A DNA stretch of 49,020 nt, the filler included, from Jimgerdemannia flammicorona (taxonomy: Eukaryota), in assembly GCA_003990765.1 (NCBI GenBank). It is 2 parts of 2 records of this genome, joined end to end, with 100 filler letters (N's around TTAATTAATTAA, not from the genome) between each part and the next. Parts side by side here need not be neighbours in the genome. Positions count along the whole stretch, not along the records: positions 1 to 24,462 come from RBNJ01000972.1; positions 24,563 to 49,020 come from RBNJ01000973.1. One strand, 5' to 3'. Under the pieces are notes generated by a model, which was given only the letters and a program-made list of their open reading frames with translations, was not told the origin of the DNA and did not search any database. Numbering within the stretch: the stretch's first letter is position 1; each line of letters begins with the position of its first letter. Positions 12,701 through 24,588 of this stretch are shown in pieces. The position numbers and the translations under genes are program-made.

Positions 12701-12913
12701 CAGTATCCTGACGCAATAATACATTCTTGTCGAGAATATTATAACTGAATGGTCTTAATCCACGCTCCCGCTTTGATTTTTTCCCCATTCCTTCCAGGTA
12801 ATAAATATCATCCCATTTCAATTACCTCGTAACATATTTTCCACCTCCCCCAAAACACACATACCCCATAACTGTGCAAAACCCCCGTCTTTCAAATATA
12901 TCCTAGTGTTAAA

Positions 12914-12950
<37 letters not shown>

Positions 12951-14184
12951 GTTATCACTATATCTGTTTTATCAAAATGACTGAAAGTCTCGGCGGACCA
13001 GTTTGCCCCTGAGGACCAGGTTACGTATATATAGTCGCCCGCTGAATCAAATTAAGAAAATGTCTTAGCCTGAATATTCTTCATATTCTTCACATTCACC
13101 AACTCGCCACATACTGAAGTGAGACACACTATCGTTTTGCAAAACGTGCTCGAACATACAGCAGCAGCTTGGGTACCAAAATTTTGATGTTGAAAAGCGG
13201 CTTAAAAAGCTTCGATGGTCAAGGTCTGCGTCGATCCGCAGATCGGTGCGGCTTGTCGCTGTTCGGCATCCCCGCATTTATAAACCAGCATGTATATGTG
13301 CATTCGCAAAATTGCGCGCAACTAGCGTAGATATTTTTATGAAGCTCAAAATATCGTACAGCTGCTTGCGTGATTACTGCTTTTTAGAAATATTTTATAG
13401 TATATCCTGATACAATATTGTCGGGTGACATTCCACGACCCCCATACTAATCCGAAGGGCAATGCTCGATTTTTATAAAATAGCTCTCGAGCGTAATGCC
13501 ATAATAATCTTTCTTGTACACATTCTTGTTACATTTTACGATGGCAGGCACCCTGTTTGTTGAAGAATGGGAAATGTTATATCATAGGAAAACTATTATT
13601 CGGGTTGATTACCGCACTCTCAACTTCCATACTCAGAAACAAAACGGGCCCTAGGCCTGGTGAAATATGAGACATAAAAACCCGACTTGCAACTTCCCAC
13701 AAACCGCAAACAGCATGACAGCAAGTTATTCAAGGGCAAACGAATTGACGTACAATATACAATGTACGATCAATGGTTCATGTAAATCTGATGGCCAACT
13801 GGTATTACATCGCAAATAGAAGGTTGAGCTCAGCACATCAAAGTTATCATTCTACTGTTGGAAGAGAGCGTACTGGCTGAGTTCATTCCTGATAAATGCA
13901 CCCGTTCGAACATTTGCAGCCTCCCACAGATAAGTCAGTCATTACATTCCTTCCAATAAGGTTATCAGGATGTTCATTTCTACACCATTTGGATACTCCG
14001 CCACGGATCGCTGACCCAATGGGAACCGACCGACGTTCGGCTGTGGATAGCCACACCAACGTCACACCAATATATGAGCGAAAATGTAACTTGTCGTCAA
14101 AGTAATAAAAAGCTGAGCATAATCAATCAGTTCTCACACGTATATTCATAAAAAAATTCGACACAAATAACTCCTTCGGTTTCA

Positions 14185-16138
14185 ATGGAGCGAGGCTATT
14201 CGTTTGAAGAATATACCCCATTGGCATTGGCGGCAGAGGAGACAAGTACGTCCGACATTCATGACATTTGATTACTAATTTTTTCTCGTCTCATTCGTTG
14301 GCTTCATATTTTATTTTATCTCGGTTAAGACGTGGAAGTCGAGGTCCATAAAAATGGTGAATATAATGAATACTCAGGAGGACAGGGGTGGGCCGTCGTC
14401 GGTTCCTCATTTTTAATCAACTTTATTGTCCTCGGATGTGGAACTTCCTGGTATGTGGGTTTGAAACTGATTTTCCTTTTGGATTTTGGATTTTAAACCA
14501 ACACTCGCTGACGTCGCGTAATTTTCCACATTATTTAGGGGTAACGTATATATACCACGAGTCTTCCGCGTCGTTTCTCCCAGACTTCTCATTATTACTG
14601 ACCCACTTTTCGCTTCAATTTTTCAGGCGTTTTCAAGGATCACTACTACAACCACGTTTTCAATCAAATCATTCCGATTGTAACGCTCGATCTGATCGGA
14701 AGCACCATCTCCTAATCGGGCCCCATCATTACTTCATCCGTGGCACGGTTTGGTCTGCGGCCGGCGATGATGACGGGCACTTGCTTTGGACGGCAAGTTT
14801 GTTTTTGGCAAGTTTCAGTACCGAGGTGATTTTTAAATTCATTTTTATTTTATTTTTTTATACGAGTTTTGCTTGCAATGCGGAGAGCACATTTAATGCA
14901 GTCCCTTCTCTTCTCTTTATTAGATTTGGCAACTGCATGTAACTCAAGGAATTGCTTTTGGAACTGGAGCATCATTGCTCTTCATTGTAATTACGTGTCG
15001 GCCTAGGCGCCATAAAGAACATTTCGTAAGCGATGGCGACCAATACCGACGCTCATCTCAAATTAGACAATCCAACCCATTCGCGGCACGAAAAGGCGCG
15101 CAACGGCTTTGGGGATTGCTTCCAGTGACAATGACATTGGTGGGCTCATTATATCCCCTCTTGCCTCAGCGCTGATCATTGCCACCGGTATAAGGTGGTA
15201 TGTGACGCATTCGTTCCTCGTCTTCATCAATCGTTTCCTAATGATATGAATTTTTTATTCAAGTTGGGGGTAACCTCAATGGTATCCAGGTGCTACTGCA
15301 TCATTGGCATCGTTTTTCTTTTTCCTTGCCACAATTGCGGTCGTCTTCGCCAAAGCCAAAGTTCCCGCCAAATTTTCTGGATCTGGCTGTAATTAAAACA
15401 AAACGTATTGTGTGTGGGTTGCGGCTTCCGTGCTCTCCATGGCTGGATATCTTTTCTACCTACCGAGAAAGTTTGAAGTTGTACGGTATGTTGTTACTTT
15501 CAATCACCGGCGAACTAACTAAAAATATTAAACCTCTCCGTCTTTCCAAAATTATAAAACAGCATTCGCCAAAAGCATCAACATTCCAGCTTCCACCGCC
15601 TCCATACTCGTGGGTGTCATGTCCGCACTGAACGCCATCGGCCGCATCGTCTTTGGGATAGCTGGCGACCGATTCGGTCATATCAATTGCTTCATGGTGT
15701 CGACGTTGGCCGCGGCGTTCTCGTGCCTGGTGATCTGGAATTTTTCAAAGACCGTGGCCGTGCTGTCCATTTTCAGTTCGCTCTTCGGGGGGTTTTTTTT
15801 TTTTTTGTGGTGTCTGGTCGTTCCAATCACGGCGGAGATTGTTGGTAAATATTTTAATTGAGATTTTTTTAATAGATTCTATCTCGTTGCGAACTCTTCT
15901 ACCTTCATCTATTTACGTCGTCGTAGGTATGGAAAAGCTTTCAATCGCCACCAGCTTTATCTTCTTTTACAACTCCATCAGCGTTTTCGGGCCGACAATC
16001 GCCGGTAGTATCCAACAAATCATCAGTTCCTTGTTTCTGGAAGTTATCGTGATGTGGACTGGGGTCGCGTACTTTGTCAGTTTCCTTTTCACAGGGGTGC
16101 TGAGGTTAAGAATGAGCCAAGGAAAGTTGCAGATGTAG
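14185..16138 (+). pseudogene. multi-exon MFS monocarboxylate-transporter family (SLC16/Mch-like) gene, apparently disrupted
   Basis: ATG 14185; GGQGWAVVGSSFLINFIVLGCGTSW-GVFKDHYY; ARFGLRP; LFLASFSTE|IWQLHVTQGIAFGTGASL; KRRATALGIASS; NAIGRIVFGIAGDRFG; GPTIAG; stop at 16138. In-frame TAA at 14713-14715 and a frameshift near 14780. Confidence 0.82.
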
Positions 16139-19100
16139 CCCCAAGATCTGCTGCCCAGGAGAACTCAAAAGCGAGTTATAAGCTCTCACGAAAGTTGAGG
16201 TGGCTGATCCCCTGTATTTAGTTGGGAGTTGGGAATGTAATCGGGTCACAGTAGACCCCATAGTTGACGATGATAAAAGTTCACTCTTGCCATTGAAGGC
16301 ACCATTCGCCATGTAATGCATACGCGCCTTGCTGACAGAAGCAACCCATTCACGATCCTCGTCAAACCTGTAGAACAAAGAAAACCTTATACACTACGTC
16401 CAAGCTGTAAATTTTTAGAAAGAGACTTTACTATAAATAGAATATTTAAAATCTCGAAATTTTGGTAGACCACGTTGAGGACAAGTGTTTGACCGACGTG
16501 GTTGTTGACACAAAGCTACAACCTTTTCGGCAATTGATTTCGTAAGCCTTGTGGTAAAACAACCATTTCCGTCGACAGTGCAACCAAGCCCACAATCACA
16601 CGATCCAACTACGAGTTCTGATTATAACGAATAGATCAGTCTAAATAAATATTTACATAATTGAAACCGGTTTCCGCAGGGGGAAGTGTGCAGAATAAAA
16701 CCCGGGAATGTTCAGTGACCGCGAAACTAACCGTTATCGGAATATATATACTATACCGCGCACTCGTCGATGACGCCAGATGACCATGACGCTTGGGTAC
16801 GATCCGTGGCCGGAACCAGAAGTTTTTGGTCTATGCAGGTATGAAAATGAAGGTGAATCAATCGCATGATCTCTCTCTTATCGATTATAAAGTTTCTCTT
16901 CATTACGACAGGCTTGATAATTATATTAACAACTCTCTTCCTTTACATATTCCGCCTCTTCTCCCATTACAAATATTCCGTTCAGGGTTAGAGAACTGCT
17001 TTATTCGCCAGGCCCCCGTTCTGAAAAGCGGTTCGCAAAACCATATAGTCGGCGCTTACCGATCATGGCGAGGTCTCGCGATAAAGGCGGTGCGTTTTTT
17101 AAGGGGGGAATTTCTGTGTCACAGATATGCTCTATGAGGGGTTGCATCTCGTGGCGTTGTCGTAAGGGTGGTTGTTGGGAAGGAGGTTCTTTCACGATTC
17201 TGGAAGGCATAAAAAAAAAAAAAAAAAAAAACAGGTATCGCATTCCAATGATAATGATTAGCTCCCAGTAACCCATGCCCTTACCTGTTCGATATCGCCT
17301 TGAACTTCTTGTTTTCAACTGCCTTCTATATTGAACAATGTGTATATGCATTGGAAATCGGAGAACTCTGAAATTCCTTTTTCTGCCGAGGGGTATGGAT
17401 GAAAAGACGAAAAATCAAGCCATTTACCTTTGCAAGGCTCGAAAAGTTAATGCCACGGTAGTGGAACGAAGGGATTGTTTGGAGAGGTGTGCAAGGGTCT
17501 GCCGGACAGGACAAGCGTGCCAAACACATACAATGAGGAAGGAGAAGGGGCAGGAAGAGAAAGGTTGCGCGCAAAGAAAACAAAGAAAGGCTAATTTCTG
17601 GTATACAAGATTTGCACCGGACGATCTACAACATTCCGAAGGTTCCGCTGTCGATGAATCTCACTTGCACGCCGATCGAATTCTTGTTGTATTCGCCGAC
17701 CGCGTGTGACAAGGGTCGAGCGGATGATCTTCGGTAAAGCATATTGGTTTACTTTATTTCAATATTACATTTTCCATCGTTAAAGCAATATCAGCTTCGG
17801 CAGGTATCACTCAAGCATATTTCTTACCATAGAATAAGCTTGAGTGGAATACGGAATCCCGGTGATATATAACAATGAGAACCATTATTTGTCAGCGTTA
17901 AGCGTGATCCGTATTCGATTGTTAGAGTGTGTACATGATATACATATCGACGCTTTCCAACGTGATCTCGCTGGCATTCTCTATTTGTTGCATCTGCTTT
18001 ATCCAAGAAATTGGCGGATGTAGACGTGCTACGATTTATTGATATTCGTTTAGTTTGGTATGTTTATGTTTTCCAAACTTACGAAAGCATTGTTGACTCT
18101 CACCATTGTTGACGCTCACGGTGTCGCCTTATCCAGCCAATTTGTCTTGCACTTTTTGTTTTTTACCCGTTTATTATTCGCTCCCTGACCAAGTCCTCTC
18201 GCTTCGTGTGGGAGGTCAATTGCAAACAAGTCTGCCCACTCCCAAATAGTGCGTTGTGCATATGTTTCATGCACCCTGTAAATTTGCTGTCATTGGAAAA
18301 TCACGTTTTTTCTTCTTCTCAAGCATAGAAAGACCATAGATTGGTCCGGAATAAACCTACATGCAATTTTTGCGAGCAAAGCACAGCCGAGCTCGTGTTT
18401 CTAATTCGGGTTCATTTTGCATGGTATCAACAATCATTCATGTCAATCTAATAAACGTCACGTATACGAAACGTTGGGTTTTGCATGCCCTGGGTTTGCG
18501 GCGCTCGACCCAGTATCCCCAGGACTCCGAACCGGCCCCATGATCTGGGTACCTGCAGCTCATAGACCGGAAGACCCCGCAAGATGCTTCCTTTTTGGTG
18601 AGCTCCGGTGTGGATGGAAATGGCCCAACAATTTCGGTCTTGTTTCAGCCTCATTTGCCGCGGCTTCGGCAAAGTTGTGTCGATGCCCTGCGAACGGAAT
18701 GAAGCTGTCTTTCTGACAGGCTACTACATAGTGCGCAATACCTTGGCCAAAATGGATCGAGGAATGCGAATCGGCGATCTCATTGGTCCCTCCAATCGTA
18801 TAGTTGGCGAGTTGTAGAATGGAGGAAAGAGGTCATGTGTGCAGCAAAACATTTATTGTATAGGGTGAGGTAAATAATCCGAAGATGAAGACGGACGATG
18901 CTTGGGCGCAAGGGATGAAGAGTCAAAACTGGGCAAAAGTGAATGCTTTTGGTAATGGGATTCGTGTAATATTTACCTGCTGCACGGCATGTGATCGTTG
19001 CCCAGTCAGATTGACATGCATCCGATCAATGATTTATGCTCGGGCCACCCAGGGGTTTGGAATTCATCAAGGGGCCACTATTTAAGTCGTCGTACCGTAG

Positions 19101-19141
19101 TACTACTATCCCACCCTCCCGACCTTCCCTCCGACCCAACA

Positions 19142-20560
19142 ATGGTCCTTGTCAAGCTCCTACTCCTCTCACTAGGCGCTGCACGAATAGCCGCTCAATC
19201 CAACTACCCCTGGGTTTCCGGCAACGAAAGCCAGTTGGCATGTTGGATCTCCTCCTGGAGGTCTGGTGAAAACAGGTCATCTAGTGACACTCCCACTCCC
19301 GTGTCGATTGCGGGGATCGACTTCGCCTGGGTCAACCCGCTTCCCAACACCCTTGTCGCCGGCGTTCCCATCAACTCCACTGTCCGCCTGAACCTCACAG
19401 ACACATTTAACAGCAGCGGCATCTTCTCTTCAAAGGACGATACAGACAAGTTCACCACGCTTTGTATAAATCGCCAGAACTCGCGTAACGTCACCCAGCC
19501 CGCGTGTATACAACCTGTATCCCGCAACTCCTGCTGTGTCTACTTCGTCAATTGGCACGTTTGCTCGTTGACATATACGAATGCGAGTAGTTGTACGCCA
19601 TGGACTCAGCCTGGAAACATCCAAGTCACCGAATCTGTCGAGCAGTACGGGTTCCCCGGGCAAACTTGGAACTCTGGCGGATTCTTCCTCCCGCAACCCG
19701 ACCGATACCTGATCCTGGCTAGCTTTAAGATGGGTAACATCCAGTGTGCCATTGGTGCTACTCGTACCGTGGTCGGCACTAACACCTCCTTCACGTCCAC
19801 CGCTGGTACGGATAATTCGACCGGCGCCGTTCTGGACACGAATGATATCGCCGGCATCGTCGTAGGGACTATCCTTTTTCTCCTTCTCCTGGCCCTGACC
19901 ATCCTCTACTTCCGCCGTCGGATCCGTCGAAAAAGTAACGATCCAGATATCGACGGCACCTCCCATACCAGTACAGGCGAGGATCCTACACCGGTTGCAG
20001 TACCACCTCCGGCTATGTCCGAGCCGTATAACACCACCGGAACCTCGCTCGCTTTGCCGGCGGCGACGACCCTCGCCAACGCCGGTATAAAAAGCAATAA
20101 TCGCGAATCCACATCAACCTTTGGCAACCCTCCCTACACCACGAACCGAGGCAGCATGACTCCATCCACCACCTCCACCGCGACCTACGACCGCCGTCGC
20201 GAGAGCCAAACAGACTACTTGCCGCACGTGAGGCTCAGCGCACCACTCTTCCTCGACGATAACCCTTTTGCGCACCAGCAGCAGGAAGAGCCCTACTTCG
20301 CGGCCTACTCGCCCCATGTTGATGACAACGACGACGACCACGCGGCCGCACGCCAGATCCAGCCCACGCTGTACAACCCCGTTTACTACTCGAATCAGAA
20401 CCAGCATGCACCGGAGAGCAATGAAGTCAGGGGTCGGGGTGCGTCACAGCAGGCTGCGGCGTCGCCGCCGGAAAATCATACGTTGTGGCGAGGTAGCTAT
20501 GCCAGCTCGTCGTTGCTTCCGTGGGATGATCATCCTGACCTGCAAAAAACGAGCGCATAG
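19142..20560 (+). CDS. intronless type I single-pass membrane protein (472 aa): signal peptide, Cys-rich N-glycosylated ectodomain, TM helix, low-complexity cytoplasmic tail
   Basis: Longest ORF in the window. ATG 19142 gives MVLVKLLLLSLGAARIAA; 8 Cys and many NxS/T sites; TM IAGIVVGTILFLLLLALTILYF then RRRIRRK; C-rich third codon positions. Confidence 0.88.
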   Translation: MVLVKLLLLSLGAARIAAQSNYPWVSGNESQLACWISSWRSGENRSSSDTPTPVSIAGIDFAWVNPLPNTLVAGVPINSTVRLNLTDTFNSSGIFSSKDDTDKFTTLCINRQNSRNVTQPACIQPVSRNSCCVYFVNWHVCSLTYTNASSCTPWTQPGNIQVTESVEQYGFPGQTWNSGGFFLPQPDRYLILASFKMGNIQCAIGATRTVVGTNTSFTSTAGTDNSTGAVLDTNDIAGIVVGTILFLLLLALTILYFRRRIRRKSNDPDIDGTSHTSTGEDPTPVAVPPPAMSEPYNTTGTSLALPAATTLANAGIKSNNRESTSTFGNPPYTTNRGSMTPSTTSTATYDRRRESQTDYLPHVRLSAPLFLDDNPFAHQQQEEPYFAAYSPHVDDNDDDHAAARQIQPTLYNPVYYSNQNQHAPESNEVRGRGASQQAAASPPENHTLWRGSYASSSLLPWDDHPDLQKTSA

Positions 20561-21390
20561 GATCCTTGGACCTTTTCTTTTCTTTCGTTGGAGAGGAATT
20601 TTGCGAGGGATCTTGGTTTATATTTAATGGTGTGCTTTAAAATGTACAGTTTACACGAAAAGTATAGAAAGGTGCTAAAAGGAAATTATTGGAATAGTTT
20701 GTAGTTTTGCAGATACCTTTTTTTTTTTTTTTTTTTTTTTTTTTTCTCGTTTCGCTTCGCATCACACACATACACACAATCAATGGACAGAGACTCTCGT
20801 GGAGAAAGAAATAATAATGATTCGAAAACTTGATGTTGATAGTATCTGGAAGTCGCTTCTCTACACCTTATCTTTCTGGTCGACTCAATTGGACAACCCC
20901 AGAACACGAAAACCCGTCCAACTCGCGTAGCCACACAACCTGGAGATTAGACTTCGCGTCATAGTAGTATCATAGTATTCATCCTGATGAGAGATCGATC
21001 CACTCATTAAACGCACGTATGTAGTTTTGGCCAAACATAAATTCCCCTTCTCCCCGATGTCGACCTTCGCCGACAACGAATGCGGTCGTAAGCCGTTGTC
21101 TCGCGGTCCGAGAACGCGCCCCTTTGACATAACACGTAGTTATCTTTATCTCGCCGTAGGAGCCTCAAGGACACCAACCGCAAGGACCAGCCCAGTTTTC
21201 GTAGACGCTCTACAACCAGTGGCGAGGACACCCGCAAGAGATGCACGCGGCCGCTGCTGACAAGGCCGAGAGCCGCCATCTCCGCCAATGAGTACATGGA
21301 CTACAAAGCAAAGCAGAAGCAGCTTCGCTTTTGGAGACATAAGTTGAAGCGCATGGTACTGGGGTGAGTTACGGGAGGGTTTGACGATTG

Positions 21391-21391
<1 letters not shown>

Positions 21392-21423
<32 letters not shown>
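21392..21423. repeat. (TG)n microsatellite
   Basis: About 16 TG units. Confidence 0.95.
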
Positions 21424-21426
<3 letters not shown>

Positions 21427-22430
21427 ACTTGTTTGAGTTGGAAATTCGGAAAATAATGGCTAAGGACTCGTAGATTAGCTAAAGTTGGGTGGCATGTCGC
21501 TTGAATTGTTTATTGCGTGAATGACGCACCAGTAGTGTTTGCTAATAATGGTCGAATTTCATCTCTCTTTGTCCTGACAGGCCCAATTGTCTCTCATCGT
21601 CGGCTGTTGGTACTATATTTCCAAGAAATGCTATGCCAAGATCCACCTTTCCGTTGGTTAGGTCAGTAGCTATTGTTCTGGAATGGCAGGGAGTCAAGGC
21701 TGGACTGGGATTTTCAGTCTTGTTTTGTGGCGATCGTTATACAAATGAAGGCTTGGTTTGTCTTGTGTAGTTCTCAATAACTCGATATTTCTTATTGACA
21801 TCATTTTCTATATGATTACATGAGAGTTAAGATGGCCAAGGCAATTTAGGCCGCCTACGCTCAGAACGACCCTGATGACGAAGGATCGTGTGTCACGCCT
21901 GACCACGTGCACGTCACCGGAAAGGATGGCAAAACGGTGCGCACATGTGGCATACCGAGGACGAACAACCGGGCGAGGGCATTGCGGGACCAATGAAGGC
22001 TGCGGGCAAGCACGGAGAAGGAGAAAACCATCTTCTTTATAACGGGTCGTCGAAAAAGAGAGACGTCGCGCCACTGAAAAAGGTATGTGTATATGCCACG
22101 TTGCATGGATTGTAGGTGCGGCGTATTGTATAGCGCAGGTTGTGGTTCATAGGTAGCCGTTGTCTATTAGATGCATGACATAGTTATCGAGGTTGTGGGG
22201 TCCCTTTTGAACGATTCGATGCGGTCAAGTCTTGGGTAGACCTATGCGTCAAACAAATGACGTGCGTGTGCAATGGATAACTGAAGAAAATCCAACCACT
22301 TGAAGTGTACGTATATATACATATCCCTCCTTCTCGCGATGAACACGTCAACCTCGAACAACGATAAATCGAAATGGTCGTACCCATACTAAAAGCACTC
22401 CCTCTCTCCCTCATTGATAGCATATACGTA

Positions 22431-22635
22431 CCTTCTTGCCAATAGTCTCGGCGACGGCGTAGACGGAGGCGACGGCGTAGACGGAGGCGACGGCGAAGAC
22501 GACGAACCAGATGACCAGAACCACTAACATTATCAATGAGGCAGGCTGGGGCGATGGGGATGAGCGGGCGAGGAATGGTAGCATTTGTCCTTTTTTAAGA
22601 GGAGGGAGTTCGGAGGTGGATGAAGGTGAGTGCAT
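22431..22635 (-). CDS. possible first exon of a secreted or membrane-anchored protein
   Basis: ORF with hydrophobic MLVVLVIWFVVFAVASVYAVASVYAVA ending at an AAG|GTACGT donor; contains an in-frame 18-bp tandem duplication. Downstream exons not resolved. Confidence 0.35.
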
Positions 22636-24462
22636 GTTTTGAACCGTGGATGATTGAAAATATATCCTGTATCGGCAAACTGAACATCGACCGCGCCCTC
22701 AGCGAGTAAGTTGATTGCCACCTCGAGGACGTACCATACATTCTCATCCACGTTCTCTTATTGACAGCTGCTCATTTTTATCAGTATACTATTTTTCATC
22801 TTTTAAAAATGATATCAATTCGGAAATAAATTTCTTCTATTATTATTATTAAAGGTTTATATTTGAGCTATTCAATAATAGTTTATATTACATATTTAAT
22901 TTAAATAATATTACTATACTAGAATATGAATACGAATAAATATTAAAAATATACATAATAAATAGATTAATTATAATTAAATATAAAAAATATCTATTTT
23001 GAAAATTTTCTTTCAGAGCTATCCCACCTTGATAAAGTGAGAGTTTGGAGAGTTTAAACTGATACTAATGTGAATGTGATTTAATGTTCCTTTCCTTTCT
23101 ATTGAATGACTAGGGTTGGCCGCCGATAAGAGAGTATCACGGCTTCTGATTTTGAAAGCGTCGGCTTAACAGCCTGACAAATGTGACGCACATGAGGCGA
23201 AATGACGAGAGCGAGGAAGACGCTTTTACTTAGCTGGTGGAAAGAGTAATTGGAAGTTTTCGATCAAGCCAGACAACTGTTGAGGGGTTTCAAGATTGTA
23301 TCACTGAGCTTTCTGTACGGGATCTACGATTGTGTGAAATAGCCATTGTCTCTCTACTATGCCATATTTAATTATGTGAAGTGTAACTTGCCGGGTTATT
23401 CAATTATTGGTATATTATCGTTGCTTGGGTGGTTTAGTATTAGGTTAAGCCATTGTACAAAGGATGGTCAGAGCACATCACGCTTCGTTCTTGGCAATAA
23501 TCCGTCATGAGTTAAATGATTAAATCTCGTAGAAATTCTTACGATATATTACCATCGTTCAACTGCAATATACATGACGAGCCCAGCATTCTTTCCAACG
23601 CCGTCGCCGTCATTGGTTGGATAACTCTGGCGTCATGCATGTGGCATTACGAATCGGCACCGTCTTTGGAGAGTCAGATTCCGGTAATCTGATTCCCGGG
23701 CTGAGATGAAGCTCGAAGTGAACGAATCGAGTTACACATGCCATCCAAGGATTCCTCTAGAGAACTGGGGAAGAATTTTCTGGAGGGGGGAAAGGAGTGG
23801 AAGTCGAGCATGGCCATTCTATTGTTTGGGAACTACAATTAGCCAAAGGAGATGAAATTGAAAAGTCGATGCGCTTTAAATATTCGTGCCTGATAATAGC
23901 TAACGAGGCCTTGAAATTGATGGTGGCCTCCTTAGATTCCGGCAGCCGTTCAGAATACCGGAGAGAACTAATCGATTCGGCAATCTGTGAAGTAGCAGGC
24001 CCATCCCTGTCAAGTATACCTATTAAATTCAAGAGACACAACCATGACCAATTCCCAGCCGTTGAGAATGACATCAGGAAGACCATATTTGTTAGGAGAT
24101 CTGACGGAGGATTTAACCTGTATCTATGTCAGAAATTGTTAATAAATCTTGCACGGTTTTGTTTGCTTGCGCTTATCTTTTCTTCCGAGGGGTGACAGCC
24201 GGGTATCAGTGAGCCACGTCTAAGAATGTCTTGCTATGACTTCTTTAATATGGGCATCGTTGTAACCTTGGACAGCCTGTTCGTCAACGAATGAATAGGG
24301 CTGAGTTATCACCAAGTAGCATACTATGGTGGGGTCTGATGCTCACCAACTAGTGTTGCATACCCCTCGGTATTTATACCGTGAATATAACCCCAGTTGT
24401 TGATTGGTGCAGGGAAACAAAGTAAGTAATTGTCACAACATTAAGCTCTTTTTTTTTGGGGG

Positions 24463-24562
24463 NNNNNNNNNNNNNNNNNNNNNNNNNNNNNNNNNNNNNN
24501 NNNNNNTTAATTAATTAANNNNNNNNNNNNNNNNNNNNNNNNNNNNNNNNNNNNNNNNNNNN
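24463..24562. other. artificial contig-joining spacer N44-TTAATTAATTAA-N44
   Basis: Symmetric N runs around a 12-mer with stop codons in all six frames; exactly 100 nt. Confidence 0.97.
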
Positions 24563-24588
24563 AAAAAAAAAAAAAAAAAAAAAAAAAA

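Noticed and set aside
18998..19141. N-terminal extension in the 520-aa ORF call
   Set aside because: Starts at TTG; ATG 19142 places the signal peptide at the N-terminus.
22790..23010. Very AT-rich block
   Set aside because: No termini, periodicity or motifs I can support; could be promoter or a decayed repeat.
24463..24562. Palindromic TTAATTAATTAA flanked by Ns
   Set aside because: Artificial six-frame-stop linker, not biology; linkage across it cannot be assumed.
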